Of a DNA stretch of 64,000 nucleotides, positions 1 to 13,625 are shown piece after piece. The DNA is from Balanoglossus misakiensis. Lineage: Eukaryota > Animalia > Hemichordata. The translations under genes were made by a program, and so were the position numbers. The notes under the pieces are model-generated. The model saw only the letters and a program-made list of their open reading frames with translations. It had not been told where the DNA came from and made no database searches. Where the stretch lies: the NCBI GenBank assembly GCA_040954595.2, contig CM082577.2:13647903-13711902 (forward strand). Direction: 5' to 3'. Each line of letters starts with the position of its first letter. Positions within the stretch are counted from its first letter, which is position 1.

Positions 1-524
1 AGAATTGGTAGTGCAGCAGTTCGTATCAAAACTAACAGAGATTGGTAGTACACTAATAAGGTATCTGACCTTAAAACTTCAGAAAACCCCCAAATCAGCT
101 ATTTAGGGTGAGTTACTTTTCTATTTGTGTTTGTGTGTCAATTGCAAACTCTTATTCTAATCATAAACGCTTGTAGGAACACACACAATCCAGCTTATAA
201 ATTCACTCCTTTAAAAGTGAATTGTAATATGGACTAAGGTTAAAATGTTGACCATAGATGCTATTAAAGTGACTAATCAGCCCGTTGTGGCTTGGTGTAC
301 TGCACTAGTCACTATAATAAATATTATCTATCTATCTACCAATATCATCTTATATCATGCCAAGAAGTGATGTTGAATTTTTTTAGTCATTGTGTGGCTG
401 AGCTACTTCAACTGTTACTTACAATTGTATCTGAATGCTGTTTCTATTTTATGGTTGTAACCATTGGATATTGCGAAAATGCATGTTACAGACAATTAGG
501 TTAAATTTGTTTGTCTACGTAACT

Positions 525-1170
525 TGTGATGAAGTTATGTTTGTTTTGTTTCATGGCCAGGTGCACCAATGTTGATTGCTTTATTTAACATATAAGCATG
601 ACCAGGTGTTAATTAGTTTTGCTCCTATAAAAGCCACCCAGTGCCACGTTGTCGTGTGGCTCATTTGATTCTGGTCTGGTAGCTGTGCCATCGCATTGTC
701 GTGGAGTTTGGGAGCCCACCTTATTGAGTTTGCCTGTCTACTGTGGTAGCTGAGGATTGTACACTGCCGAAGGGACTTGTGAAGTCGTGGTGGATGTTTT
801 CGAGGACGCCGCGTGGAATTTGGGAGCCGTCCTGAGGGAGCGCGTCTTCGTGTCACTGTGGAACTGCATTTGAGGTAATACGTGGCTGTCTTTAATTGTA
901 CACTGGCGTAAAAGGGACAGAAAGGCCAGGATTGTTGTGCGTCGAGTGACTGAACTGTTTGTTAGACTTTGAACTTGTTAGAAATTTTGTTATGGTCACC
1001 TGGTCACGCTCGAATTTACTTTGTAGGTTTGTGTAAATATTATTTAACCTATCGTGAATATTCCTCGTTTCTGCAATCAAACTAATACTGTAAATAGACT
1101 GGTATGTTGTACCTGTGCTGTCTTTGACCATTTCTTTTGTTGTGAAACAAGCCATCCGGTCAGGTAAATT
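525..1170 (-). repeat. Dispersed repeat, inverted copy of 40493-40606 + 41420-42048
   Basis: Reverse complement aligns by eye over ~650 bp with the 40.5-42.0 kb region (e.g. gacgcgctccctcaggacggctcccaaattccacgcggcgtcctcgaaaacatcc); the distal copy is split by an insertion. Confidence 0.85.
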
Positions 1171-1534
1171 GGCCTCTCTATTATCCGCATATTTTTGGCT
1201 CGGACGGCCTGCGTCGTAACAAACTTAATAGAAAACAACTTTGAGAACTGTTGTTTCACTTTAGATGCATCAATATAACTCGCCTAACTTCATTTAAAGG
1301 AAACAGTCAACACACTACCTTCTTCACATCACAGATGACATTATTAAACACGGGCCTGCCCAATTCAACAATACAGTGCAATCAAATTTAGGTGCATCAT
1401 GAGGTCTGGCCAAAAGGGAAAGTTACAGCCAATGTGGCCTTAAAATGACGCTTTTAAACTGGTTTTATCCAAATAAATTACTTTTTATGGGTAAGTGCTT
1501 AGATTTCAACTGATAATTTTGTTTCTCAATTTCA

Positions 1535-2182
1535 GAACATATTCTACTGGACAATCAGCCTCATCTGAGACTAAACTGCTTCCATTACACAAGTTCCGAG
1601 TGGCTTGGAATTGTTATGCCAGCTTTCTTGACATTAACTTCGATGATGCTTTCCAGTGTACATGGCGTGTGAGGGGACCAACCACCAGTCATTATATGTG
1701 ATGGAACAAGCCTTGGGATGAATAAACAGCTGCTAAAGCAGTTCACCATGGAAACTGACACAAGCAGGGAAGACTATCCAACCATGACTGGCAGTAAACA
1801 TGAAGATCATCTTTTTATAAAAAGTGCAAAAGGAAGAAAACTACTACTGCAGTACGCTGGTTCTTCAACACCACTCTCAACTGAAGACTGTGCATCATTA
1901 AAGAAGTGGTAGGATCTTTTATTTGTTTCTTGCTTGCATCACTTAGCCATCCCATGTATCATTACCATTTTTATTAAACTTTCTGGCCAATGCATAACAT
2001 GCGTTGAATTTTCTTTCTTTTTCATAGAATGTCCACGACAACTGCAGCATACTGTCAAGGTGTAGAATGGACCGAAATTACATTCCACGGCAGGTAGAAA
2101 CACCTAGCCCTATAGCTATAGGGCTACTTACCAAATTCATACGGGAGACAGCTATGTACAATAACCCAGAAGCCTATATTCG
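1535..2182 (+). pseudogene. Degenerate KDZ/CxC-type (Kyakuja-Dileera-Zisupton-like) transposase exons
   Basis: Translations FRVAWNCYASFLDINFDDAFQC and, after a frameshift, ICDGTSLG resemble the CxC/KDZ transposase motif (F.C..CG..P..iicDGtsLG); ttcag acceptor near 1535; frameshifted. Confidence 0.5.
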
Positions 2183-2189
2183 TGTAAGT

Positions 2190-2421
2190 CTTGCTTTCAT
2201 GTCACCATCGATAACAGTTAATGGTAAAGTTCTTGTTAATGCTCAGCCGCTGAGATGTTGCAACAATTCTTCAGCAAAAAAAATGACCTACGATTTGATG
2301 AACATTTTGTTTGATAAAGAGACCATGAGGAGCCACTCGTATAGTGGTTGAGTTTGCAATGCTGTGCCTGGAAGTGTGGCTAAGCCAGCGCTCAATGCTG
2401 CGAAGCCAAATGCCCTGAAAG
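2190..2421 (+). pseudogene. BEN-domain protein fragment (transposon accessory gene)
   Basis: KMTYDLMNILFDKETMRSHSYSG*VCNAVPGSVAKPALNAAKPNALK matches the BEN pattern L..LF..E.l..hS.sG.....Kp.Ld; in-frame stop; gtatgt donor at 2422. Confidence 0.6.
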
Positions 2422-2984
2422 GTATGTATCTGATGTGTTACTTTAATTTATCCAATGTGTTGCACCTTGAAAACTGTTAAGCTAAAATTTTCAGTTTTAG
2501 GAATTGTTCGGTGTTTATAAACATCTATGGAGTTGCTCATATAGGTGTTTCTGCAATCTTTGTAGTGTAAATTGGTAAATTCGAAACAGATTAAATTATG
2601 AAATATTTAAATTGAGATTGGGTGTGTGCAATATTTCAGTAAGGGAAAATGTTTCAGGTATTTATTTCTGGTTTTTCTCTCCACTGATTACATATGTGGC
2701 AAACTTGTCTGCAAGAAGAGAGCGGTGGAACAACACATCAAGATGAAGATGTACCCAGAATCAAAACCTAAGTAGCGAAGTTAGTTTAGTTAAAAAAGTG
2801 AGTTTTTTTAGTTTTAGTATTTAGTTTTCGATTTTTGCTTTGAAATTTGCTTTTTTACATGTTCTTTTTATTTTAATTTTATGTGTTCTTTCATTTTTTT
2901 AATGTTTCACTGCTTCATCCATTTGGCATGACAAGAACAGAAGTGCATTGGAATGACGGCTGATTTAAATATACATACATCAGA

Positions 2985-3461
2985 ATGCTATGAAATTCCC
3001 ATAGAAATTGTATAGAAAAAAAATTTCTATTCCTCTTCTATAGAAATTCCATAGAATGTTGACAGACACCTATCGCTCATCTGTAGAATTTCAATGGAGG
3101 CCTTTTTGAATATCTATAGAAATTTCTATTCCTCTTCTATAGAAATTCCATAGAATGTTGACAGACACCTATTGCTCATCTGTAGAATTTCAATGGAGGC
3201 CTTTTTGAATATCTATAGATCTCTATTGATATTCAATAGAAATCAGTGGCTCCTCGATTGAAATTCTATAGATTGCCCATTGAACTATGTCAATTTTCCA
3301 TTTAATTCTATTGTTTTTCAATTGAATTTTGATGGAAAAGGGGCCAAATGTTCATAGAAGTCAACAAAATTTCAATAGATTTTCTATCTAATATCTATTG
3401 ATTTTATGAAGAAATTTCAATTGAAAAGGGATGGAAAATCTATAGAACTTTTTCGTAAGGG
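2985..3461. mobile_element. Subterminal repeat array and probable right end (...cgtaaggg) of a CMC/EnSpm-like DNA transposon
   Basis: Many ctataga/caataga/tctattga palindromic motifs, a ~100-bp direct duplication (3021-3120 / 3121-3219), ending abruptly in tttttcgtaaggg at 3461; follows the BEN fragment. Confidence 0.45.
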
Positions 3462-6400
3462 TCGCAGAAGTCTGGATGAAGTATTTGGGTCATGTACGAT
3501 CTGTCACCATTATTACCCAAACAGTGCATACTCGTGTGCAGAGAGGAACATCATTGAAATGGTGATCGTATTATGGGAAAATCTTAGAGTCCTGCAGTTG
3601 CAATGTGTTTTACTTTTATTTTTAAACAGTGTCGGGACACCAACTATGTGGAAAGTTTTAACAACTGTACACTTCAATACCAAGACACAAGAGTTGTATT
3701 TGGAGAGAGTAAATACAAAATGACGAGAGATTTGACAGTCTAGACTGGGTAAGTACCAGTATTTCATTTTTTCTCTACCGCCACAATATCAATAGAAAAA
3801 ACTAAAGAAACATGTCACATCAATGGAATGATGTTACCACATGTGAATGAAAAGTACAAACCAAGTGAAGCATTGAAACTTTTGATGGTTTATACATGTA
3901 CAGGCAAATACAATCTACAGAATGAAAACATGGACCGACCATTCACGTCAGAAACGTTGGTGAGGACCAATAACAGCAGAAGAAGAGAGACAACAAGAAA
4001 AGTCTTAAAAAGAGAACATTAACGGGAACGACAAATGAACAAAATTGTTGATACGTGTAACAAACGGAAATGTAGATATAATATGTACCATACACAATTT
4101 TTAATGATGGAAATCAACCGAATTAAATTGTGTTAATTGCAAAAAGGGAGAAAGCTGGCGGACGATTGGTCAGTATGATCAAGCGAACGCCACTCTGCTC
4201 TATATAAAGCTTTCGCCATGCGAAAACAGACAGAAGTTCAACATCGACAATTATGGCTTTCATCACATGCAACACAAGGAAAATATGAGGAGCTTTTCAG
4301 AAGAATATGATTTGCTTTCAGCGATATAACACTTTTTCATCTCTTGTGGGCGAACACAACGTAGATGTGGTTTCTAGTATGATATAAGTATTATTTCCTG
4401 TCTTTCTTCGTTTGTCATTATTTTTAAAGTGTTTGTAATGATGCTAGCTATGGGTTGAGCTGGCGGAATGGCGTCCATGGGAGTTTATACAATGTCGTAC
4501 TTCAAAAGTGACCACATCCATTGCAGATATAGAGTAGTTTCAGTTTGGAGAACATGATACAGTGCGTTTGATCAATGAATAATTTTGCTGGCTTGGCAGA
4601 TTGCAGCTCTTTGACTATAAGTACATACAAACCGCTTAATTTTTGTTTTTGTTCATTGACATCATGACGAAGGTAGCTCCATGCACTGACACAAACCTTA
4701 ATTCAAAAACATATCACTTATCAAATTTTACTTTTATTCCAGATTAGATTTGGGCGCCTGGAGGACCAGTGTCCATCAGCGGCATTTGCTGTGTACATCT
4801 CTGCAAGATTAATACTGAAAAAGACAATGGAGCAGGACACAGAATTGGTGTTCACCACTATCAGAAAAATATGTGGCAGCGTTGACCTGTCAGTCAGCTT
4901 ACCTGGTATGTATGCCAACATGTCTTTTATCGCTTTTTACTGGTATTATAAGCAGATAGGTCATGGACTGGCAACAAGACCACATACTGCGTATTGTTTT
5001 CATCCACTTATATTCAGCCAGTAAAAACGATTCTCGGTGCATGTCCATACATACATTTAGTGTCCCCCCCATCACCAACAGACACTACTATAATACTAAA
5101 CTGCACACATCTGTTAAAATCTGGGGCTAGTTATTTAGGAATATTAACTACGTGAAGATCCACTCAATCTTGGAGTAGAAAATGTGACTTAAGGTCAACC
5201 ATGTAATTGAATTCCGCTTTGAATTCGAACTGAGCAAATAACAAGGGATTGTAAAAACACATTTCTTGTTATTGTCAATTTTATGATATAGAGGTATCAA
5301 TGGTGGTGTTCTCTCGATCCATTTTTATTTTGTATATATGACACAGCAACGTTAATAAACTTTTAATTCAATTCACACAGAATACGAGGAGGAGGGGGAT
5401 GAAGAATAGGAGGAAATATCAGTTAGAGAGGAGGTAAAATTTCCATAATTTATGAAAGGAAAATTACAATCAACAAATAAAAATGGTTAACATCCGTGGT
5501 AGACTTTTGTGTTAACTAAAGGGGAAATGAATTGAAATTATGCAATAAGTGAACACAGTACCAGACTGTATGTAATCTGATAATATAAATGGTATATTTT
5601 GGCAACAATCATTACATAGATATATATTTATGTGTCTTAAAGATCCTTAAGACCAAGAAGAGGTGGCGGCCACCGAGGAGTCAATTTTTATCTAAATTTT
5701 ATTTTGTTTTTCATTTTAAATATATTTTTGAATTTTTAAGTGTCTATTTTATTTTATATTTCGTTTTGTCATTTTAAACATATTTTTGATTTTGAATTTT
5801 TTATAATAAACTTATGTAGTTATAGAAGCGTAGTTTTACATCTCTATTTCTGACTTACTACGTGTGCAGTGCGTGCAATAATTTGTGACCATCTTTTGTT
5901 TCCTTTTTACTTAGAAACAGTAAGTAAACAAGTAATACATATTTTCAGCTTTTAAATTTAGTACCAATATCTAGGTGGTGATACAACTCTTCACAAAATG
6001 TTCAATTTGTGCTGTAATATTGGAAAAACATGAGAAATAAAAGAGAAATGTTACTGTGCATATAAAGGCCTTGGTGTATAGAACGTAAAATAAGTAAAAC
6101 ACGTAATTTCTATAAACGACTTTGTAAGTTAGTTTAAAGTTTTTATTCATTGGGAAATTTACAAGAATGTCCTCACATATGGGGTGCCGTTGGTTAAATT
6201 ATTATTTAGCTGTATTATTTGTTCAAAAGTCGTTATTTAACATACTTATGGGTATATAACTGTAGATTTGCAAACCATTTAAGTCCTGATAATTTAATTA
6301 TAAATAATATCAAGTCGACTCAATTATATTCATAACATGTATTTTATGCACTTTTATTTATATATAATAAACTATGTCAGTCTATTATATGCATATAATA

Positions 6401-6610
6401 AATAGTTTGCACAATTGTTTATATATAATAAATTACTTACAAATTATTTCAGTTCAAGACTTGTATATACATATCATGAATGATTTGCACAATTATTTAT
6501 ATATAATGAATTATTTACCATGAAAAAACACACTCGAGTTGTTTGTCAACTTAATATTTAGCAGCATTTCATTATTTATACCTGATCACACAACCCCTTG
6601 CATTCGGATC

Positions 6611-7767
6611 CAGGGCTCGAAATTAGCGGTAGTCCCGCGTCCACAGACTACCAACTTTTCCCTGGGGCTACCAAAATCTGCGTAATGGTAGCCCCCGCGG
6701 ACTACCAAAACTTTGCGTGTGCGATCGACGCGATGTTGATCGCTTTGACCTGATCAACGCTCACACGCGTACACGGCCCGATCAAACCAGCACTGTACAG
6801 CAAGACTGTGACATTGTTATGCAAATTAAAATCCACAGTGCGTGCAGGAGAATGTTTGATACAAACTTTCAATAAAAGTATCAATATCTGAACTGACGTA
6901 GGCATGGGAATTTATAGCCAATGAAAAGGCATTTTCATCAAAATTTGATTACAATGTATCAATCGAAAAAATTTAAATCGCGACCCTAGGCCCTACTAAA
7001 CGGACAAATTTACTCGACGGACTTATATCTCTAAATGTAAATATGAGTATCGTAAATTATTTCCGACGACAAGTGCCACGCGATGAACCATCATCATCTA
7101 GCGACAACCCCCCTGTCAACGAACCTGTCAACGAACCGACAAAGCCTGTTCGAGTCAGAAAATTTCAACGATCGTGGATGATCAGCAGGGAAGGTTGGTT
7201 AGAATACCGGGCTGAGAAAAATGCTATGTTCTGCAAGATATGTCGGACTGGTACGTCGGCGTTTTCTAGTGAAATGGGTTGCAGTAATCTGCGAATTGAG
7301 TCACTACGAAAACATGAAGCTAGTGCTCATCATCGAAGGGCTAATAACTGTAGTCTATTTTTAGTCTTGTTACATGTACTGGTATGTCTCCTCCCCTGCT
7401 GATCACTGTGGTCGTTGTCATGGCGAATGTAAAAATTTGCATATAACCTCTGCGTATTAATAGGTCATCAAACTTTTGGGTGTCGCCCTTGTCTGGACAT
7501 GTACATGCTATTCTTATACAGGGTATGATCTGCATGCAGCCAGCCAGGTACTAGAAAAAAAATTCATGAGCACAAGTCAATCATGAAAAAAAAAAATGTT
7601 TTATTTTTTTCTTATGAGATTGATGAAAAAAATATCCTTCACAGAAAAAAAATATCACTCTTCATTGAAAAGGTGTGCGGGCTACCAGACCCTGTCACGG
7701 GGCTACCAACTTCAGAAAATGGTAGCCCAAGTGGACTACCAGTGAAAAAAGTTAATTTCGAGCCCTG
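6611..7767 (+). mobile_element. Non-autonomous hAT element (hAT5-like) with 5-bp TSD
   Basis: TIR cagggctcgaaatta / taatttcgagccctg; TSD GGATC at 6606-6610 and 7768-7772; subterminal ctacca/ggtag repeats. Confidence 0.85.
7043..7402 (+). pseudogene. Truncated hAT transposase N-terminus with TTF-type zinc finger (ZNF862/C17orf113-like)
   Basis: RKFQRSW...WLEY...MFCKIC...GCSNLRIESLRKHEASAHH zinc-finger pattern; no DDE domain follows. Confidence 0.75.
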
Positions 7768-9009
7768 GGATCATTATGCATCACGTGAACAAGAAATGCA
7801 AATTACGTGCAGCCAGTTCATATTTTCTTATGCTCCTTTCACATGTTAGATGAAACACCGAAAAAGGTACAAACTAGTCAGTGGTTTTAGCCTGTGATTT
7901 CAATGTTTGATTGAAACGAAAAAAGCTGATCAAAAACCCCACATTGAGTCTTCTGAAGTCAAAGGTTGGTCAGTCATTGGAGTCATGCATCACAAAAGCA
8001 TTAACACCAAACTTTGTTTATTAATGTATGTTATGATTATAAAATATATAATGTTGACCTGTAACATTATGATCCTTAAATTAGATTAATATAATAAACA
8101 AAGTCCAGCAATCAATGTCATGCCAATCCCATCCCTAGCTGTGTCCATTGACTACTAAAACTGCCATGTCTAAAAATATAGTCCAGCAATGAACGCCATC
8201 CCAATCCCATCCCTACCTCTGTTTAATGACTGTTACTAAAATGTTAAATTCACTACTATTTCTGATAGATCAAAAGCGACATTAACACAAGAGGACATGT
8301 ACTGATCTGAGTGAACAGATCCCGTGAGGAGTACGGTGCCCAGAGTACAAGTGTCCTAAGAGAATGCCATAACTGTATAGTCAGTGCTCCTATGTGGTTA
8401 ATCTTCGACAGTATCAAAGTTGTTTATTGACTGCTAAAAAAGCCATCCTCCCAAACCAATCCCTAGCTGTGTTCATTGACTGCTAAAAATAAAATGACAT
8501 GTCTAAAATTATAGTCCAGCAATGAATGTCATCCCAGTCCCATCCCTAGCTCTGTTCAATGACTGCTATTGAAATGCCATGGCTATACAAATGAATACCC
8601 CTATATAGCTCAGCAAGGAATATTAATATGTCATGATCATCCCATCCCTGGCTCTGTTGAATGACTGTTAATAAAATGTCAAATTCACCGGTAGCTCTGA
8701 TAGACTAAATGTGACATTAACACAAGAGGACATGTACTGATCTGAGTGAACAGATCCCGTGAGGAGTACGGTGCCCAGAGTACAAGTGTCCTCAAGGAGA
8801 ATGTCACAACTTTATCATCGGTGCGCACATGCGGGTAATCTTTGACACAGTACCAAAGTTGAGTCTACTAAAACTTACTGCCATACCAAACATAATTAGA
8901 ATTCCCCTAGAAAACTGCAAAGTAAATTGAAAAGAATTCAGACAATCAGTTTCAGTTTTTCATGTGGAAAAAGACAACAATGCATACAAATATACAATTC
9001 ATAATTTTA

Positions 9010-9350
9010 GCTCAAAACATACACGACTGCATAAGGTTGACATAAGGTACATGCATACCAAATGTCAAATCAATCTGACCAGGGGTTGTTCATTTTCTGA
9101 GTTTTGACCAATTTTCACATTTCCCAAGCTGATTTGCATTCTCTTGGCAATGGCAACTTCATTTGAACAAAATCAAAGCTACAGCCTGGCCTGCATCTGT
9201 TCACCAAAGATAGAGGTGATACGCACATCAGTTTTCAAGTTTATGTTGTGGATGGACATACCTACTTACATACATCCATACAGAGCAACAACAAATCCCA
9301 TAAGGCCCATGGTATATAAATTTATATACTACCAAATGGGACCTAAAAAT
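9010..9350 (+). mobile_element. Helentron-associated (HINE/DINE-like) non-autonomous element fragment
   Basis: catgcataccaaat... body, (CATA)-type microsatellite, then 3' stem-loop cccatggtatataaatttatatactaccaaatggg. Confidence 0.4.
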
Positions 9351-9694
9351 AAAAAAAATCCAACCTAATCTTCCAGACACCCCCCCCCCTTTAATATCAT
9401 ATTAATATATGCCCAGCGCAGCACTGACTGCTAATGAAATATCATCCCAATCCCATCCCTTACTCTGTTCAATGACTTTTACAAATGTGAAATTCACCGG
9501 TAGCTCTGATAGACTAAACGTGACATTAACACTAGAGGACATGTACTGATCTGAGTGAACAGATCCCGTGAGGAGTACGGTGCCCAGAGTACAAGTGTCC
9601 TAAAGGAGAATGCCATAACTTCATTTTCTGTGCGGTCTGAAAGGAATTTTCGACACAATACCAAAATTGAGTCTACCAACACTGCTTGTGACTA

Positions 9695-10345
9695 ATAGAA
9701 TCTCACACTTCCAAGGACCTGGGATCGTATTTCTCACACGAGTTGGGGATTTTTTGTCCCACACGAGCCGCAGGCGAGTGTGGGACAAAATATTCCCGAC
9801 GAGTGTGAGAAATATGATCCCAGGTCCTTGGTGTGTGAGATTCTTTTTCTCACACGACCAGAAATTTGCGATATTAACGTTTATTTACAATAAAAGAACT
9901 AAATCTACAAAATACCAACTGATAACTGCATGACCAGTCATATATTGATCCGCCCCGCAAAACATAGTCCCCATTTCATCACGAGTTTACAGTACACGCA
10001 TGCTATAAAAATGTGCTCAACACATTAAAATATGGAGATTGTTTCCAATGGCATAAATTCGCGCGATATCTAGAAAATACAACCGTTTTTTTTTAGTCTG
10101 TCGCCAACCACGTACACCACTGTCGTCTGCACATGACCTGATCACATTGTAGTTCCGGTTTGTGTACAACACATCGCACAATTGGATAATATTTGCTCGT
10201 TCTGAGGGGTATGAATATCATTATCCAATCAGAGCTCGTGTCAGATAACACTTGTCTGTGTGCGCATTAACACAGAGTGTGGGATCAATTTGATCCCACA
10301 CTCTCTATCCCACACTCCCAGCGGCCAGGAGTGTGAGAAAAGCAT
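9695..10345 (+). mobile_element. Crypton-like non-autonomous element with terminal ~150-bp hairpin
   Basis: Imperfect palindrome 9697-9844 centred on cacacgagccgcaggcgagtgtg; subterminal gtgtggga/tcccacac repeats at the far end; interrupts the 8-11 kb repeat. Confidence 0.55.
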
Positions 10346-11689
10346 CATTACTGATGATTGTTTGGTGAATAAACCCTGCCCATTCCTAGCTCAACAAAAT
10401 AAATGTTTATAAAATGTTATACCACCCCTTAGCTCTTTTCTATTACATATGTTTCTATTGTTATTTTATATGTGGATATATAGTGAATGAACGTTTGGCT
10501 ACACAAAACTTCCCACCCGCTTGTAGAAAACAAGAGTGAAACTCGCCAAAATGATAATCGGTGTTTAGCATTTATTTGAGCGTGAGCTCATGTGTCCCCT
10601 AAACGTAAACGTGCTCGCCCAAACTCACTGCATCAGTTCAAAAACGTAAGCGGGGCTCGAGGCCAGAAAACTACAGGTCAGACAAAACATTTTCTCGGAA
10701 ATTCAACTTGGGTATCAAACGCTCATCTCCATTGAGTTCTATATTAATATTATGATTAATTGACCCGTGCTGTTGCTTCAAGTCGGACTTCATTCGGCGA
10801 TGATATTACACTGCTTGCCACTGAAACGGGTTCAAAATGGCGGTTGGTTACAATTTGTATTTGGTTTACGTTCAGAACACGGCCCCCCTCTATCGTATGT
10901 CCTAGCCTCTCCCATCGGCCATGTTTACTGCACTGTCACTACTGAGGCGATCCCCAAAATCGTGTATTTCAGGGGAATATTCTGTCAGTAGATAAATTAA
11001 CGACTTCTTAAGCTGTTTCGCAGAATATAACTACCCCGAATAAAATGTCATTCCCACTCCTATCTCAGTACAACGATATTATCATCTTCATTGATAAAAT
11101 GTCCTGCCAACGTCTCGCTCTGTTCAATGACTGCCATTGAAATGTCATGGCTATACAAATGAATACCGGGTCCCCTATACATATATGTAGCTCAGCAATG
11201 AAGAAGATTGATAAAATGTCATGATCACCCCATCCCTAGCTCTGTTGAATGACTGTTAGTAAAATGTCAAATTCACCGGTAGCTCTGATACACTAAATGT
11301 GACATTAACACAAGAGGACATGTACTGATCTGAGTGAACAGATCCCGTGAGGAGTACGGTGCCCAGAGTACAAGTGTCCTCAAGGAGAATGCCACAACTT
11401 TATCATCGGTGCTCGCATGCGGGTAATCTTTGATACAGTACCAAAGTTGAGTGTACCAAAACTGCCTATGACAATAACGGTCCTCCTACAGCGAGGTTTT
11501 TACAGATGAATGTCCGGGGGAAAAAAAAACTAAGGCCCGAAAGGCGTCCGACGTGTACACAAACTGAGCTCCCCGCTTGAAGTGAGCGCGAACGGCCACG
11601 TATATCTGAATTTGCATGCAACATGTGCAAAGAAGTCACGCCCACCGGCCTCGTTCGCGAACAACCCACAAAGTCTGGGGGCAAGAATT

Positions 11690-12380
11690 TTATAAGGAGG
11701 AGGTGATTTTTGTTTTATAAACCGATGGTCACAGTTTTTAGGGAGTTGGTGAGAGTTTCGTGCGAAAATAAAACGAAAGTCGCGTTGATGAATGTAAACA
11801 CGAGTACCCGGGATCGAGCATTGGGCCTAATTAAACATGAAAAGAATACAACTCCCACACATCACGCACATCGATTGCAAAACACGCATTGCATTGATTT
11901 CGTCGATTTTATTTTAATAACGTATCCGCATGCGGAAAGCCAACAAGATTTACAGGTCAAAATTTACTCAAATAAATCAACTAAAATAAAGTAACAATAT
12001 TTGAAATATTTACATAAGAACAATGAAAGTCGTGACGTTTCGGCCATGCTGGTACTTCAACTGGGGCCCCGGGGTTCACAGTCGAGCCTAGCTGGGCGCC
12101 AAAAATACATATACACCAACTATTTGTTACCACCGATAAATTTGGATATTTATCGGGCCAGGAAACGTGCAATTCTGAAACAACCCGGACGCAGCACTAT
12201 TGTCAGTAGAATTGTGATGGATCGTTGGAGTAGGAGTGTGTTGCACCGTGCTTGATTCAGCGGCGACAGTGATAGGTAATGACTGCTCTTCACTGGAGCC
12301 GAAGTTTACGTCTACTCTGTACGGGGAGTCATCCGATTTTTTATGTGTTGTATCCCAAACTTTTCGATAATACATCTGAG
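11690..12380 (-). mobile_element. 3' end of a Crypton-like (tyrosine recombinase) element
   Basis: ORF 12127-12375 ends NSAASGLFQNCTFPGPINIQIY, the F.NCTF tail typical of DUF3504/Crypton recombinases; ttttataa terminal motifs near 11690-11720. Confidence 0.4.
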
Positions 12381-12390
12381 ACCCCCCTTT

Positions 12391-13625
12391 AGGGAGCCGT
12401 CATTATTTATGGCCTGGGGGGGGGGGGTCGGAGGAATCAAGGGGGGGGGGGGTTCTCAAAAATTGGAAGGCTGTGGGGGGGGGTTCTCAAAAATTGTAGA
12501 TGAAGAGGGGGGGTCACTCATTTTTGGGAAATGTATCAAAGTTTTTCAACTGAAAGATTTAGTTGTGTGCTGTGCAAGTGCTGCAGCGCTCCGCGACCTC
12601 TGGTCGCGGAACACAAGTGTCCACACTGCACTATCAAAGTATTTTTCCCAAAATTTGCTGATAAAGGATTGGCATGCTTGCCTGATCATGCATAAAAAAC
12701 ATTACTCCTTATTATTTTTTAAGAAATAAATATTATTATTATTTATTAAAATACTGAAAAATGCATACTACATGTATATTCAAGCAAATGTAAGTTTTTG
12801 TTTTCTTTGTCTTTTTTTTTCTCTGACCTCTTTGTCACACGTTTGGTAATCTCATGAGTCTATGGATAAACACAATATTGCAGAAATAATGTTTTGATAA
12901 CATAAATAAAATAATAAATCTCAAAAAATGCATTCTAAGCACATAAATGATTCTTTGATATAGAATGTTTCATAAAGGTTAAATATAAAACATATAAATA
13001 ATTTAACAGAATAAACGTTAACTATAAAACATGAAAAAGTTTAAATATAAAACATATACATACTTTAACAGAATAAACGTTAACTATAAAACATGAAAAA
13101 GGTTAAATATAAAACATATAAATACTTTAACAGAATAAATGTTAACTAAACATGAAACAAGGTAAAAATAAATACATGTAAAGCCATTATGTATCTGAGT
13201 TTTTGCTGTCGATGAACTCAAAATGCCAACGCAGTGTGAACACTGGTGTGAATTTGGTGAACATCATTCCACACAGAAACTGAATGATAAGTTGTCATGT
13301 ATGATGACTTAGCTTTGTCCACACTTGAGTGGTTCAAATCTGGACCAAATATGTTTTATCTCAATTGTCACTAGACACTTCAGAGTCAGAGTGACTAAGA
13401 TTCTCCAAGAATGCACTAATTCTGCTCGCAGGATTTTCAGCAAAACAGTGATGCTTCACTAAGAATTCCAGTGGCTCGTGATTTATACAGATACATGTAT
13501 TGATATGTAGTTGTTCCGGTTTTAGGGGGGGGGGGCAGTCGAAATTTCTGTGTTGGAAGGGGGGGGGGGGTATCTCAAAATCTGCATGCTTGGCAGGGGG
13601 GGTTTCTCAAAATTTTGGTAATGAA
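12391..13625. mobile_element. Partial Harbinger-like MITE with G-run subterminal repeats
   Basis: tt|agggagccgtcattatttatggcctggggg terminus; repeated gggggggttctcaaaa units at 12440-12530 and 13523-13615; matching right TIR not found. Confidence 0.4.
12972..13170. repeat. ~62-bp AT-rich tandem repeat, about 3 copies
   Basis: aaaggttaaatataaaacatataaatactttaacagaataaacgttaactataaaacatg repeated. Confidence 0.85.

Larger units (their letters stand above)
8095..11462. repeat. Interrupted tandem repeat family: ~80-bp subunits plus four ~200-bp units containing an invariant 67-nt core
   Basis: Recurring cccatccctagctctgttcaatgactg subunits; identical cores gaggacatgtact...gtacaagtgtcct at 8291-8357, 8726-8792, 9535-9601 and 11314-11380. 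Confidence 0.9.

Noticed and set aside
3460-4910. Exon-like fragments with TATA box (4200) and splice sites
   Set aside because: Stops and frameshifts, no recognisable domain; cannot be assigned.
8291-11380. CRISPR-like array or known ribozyme
   Set aside because: Eukaryotic context, no cas genes, spacers homologous to one another; hammerhead, HDV and twister consensus elements cannot be fitted.
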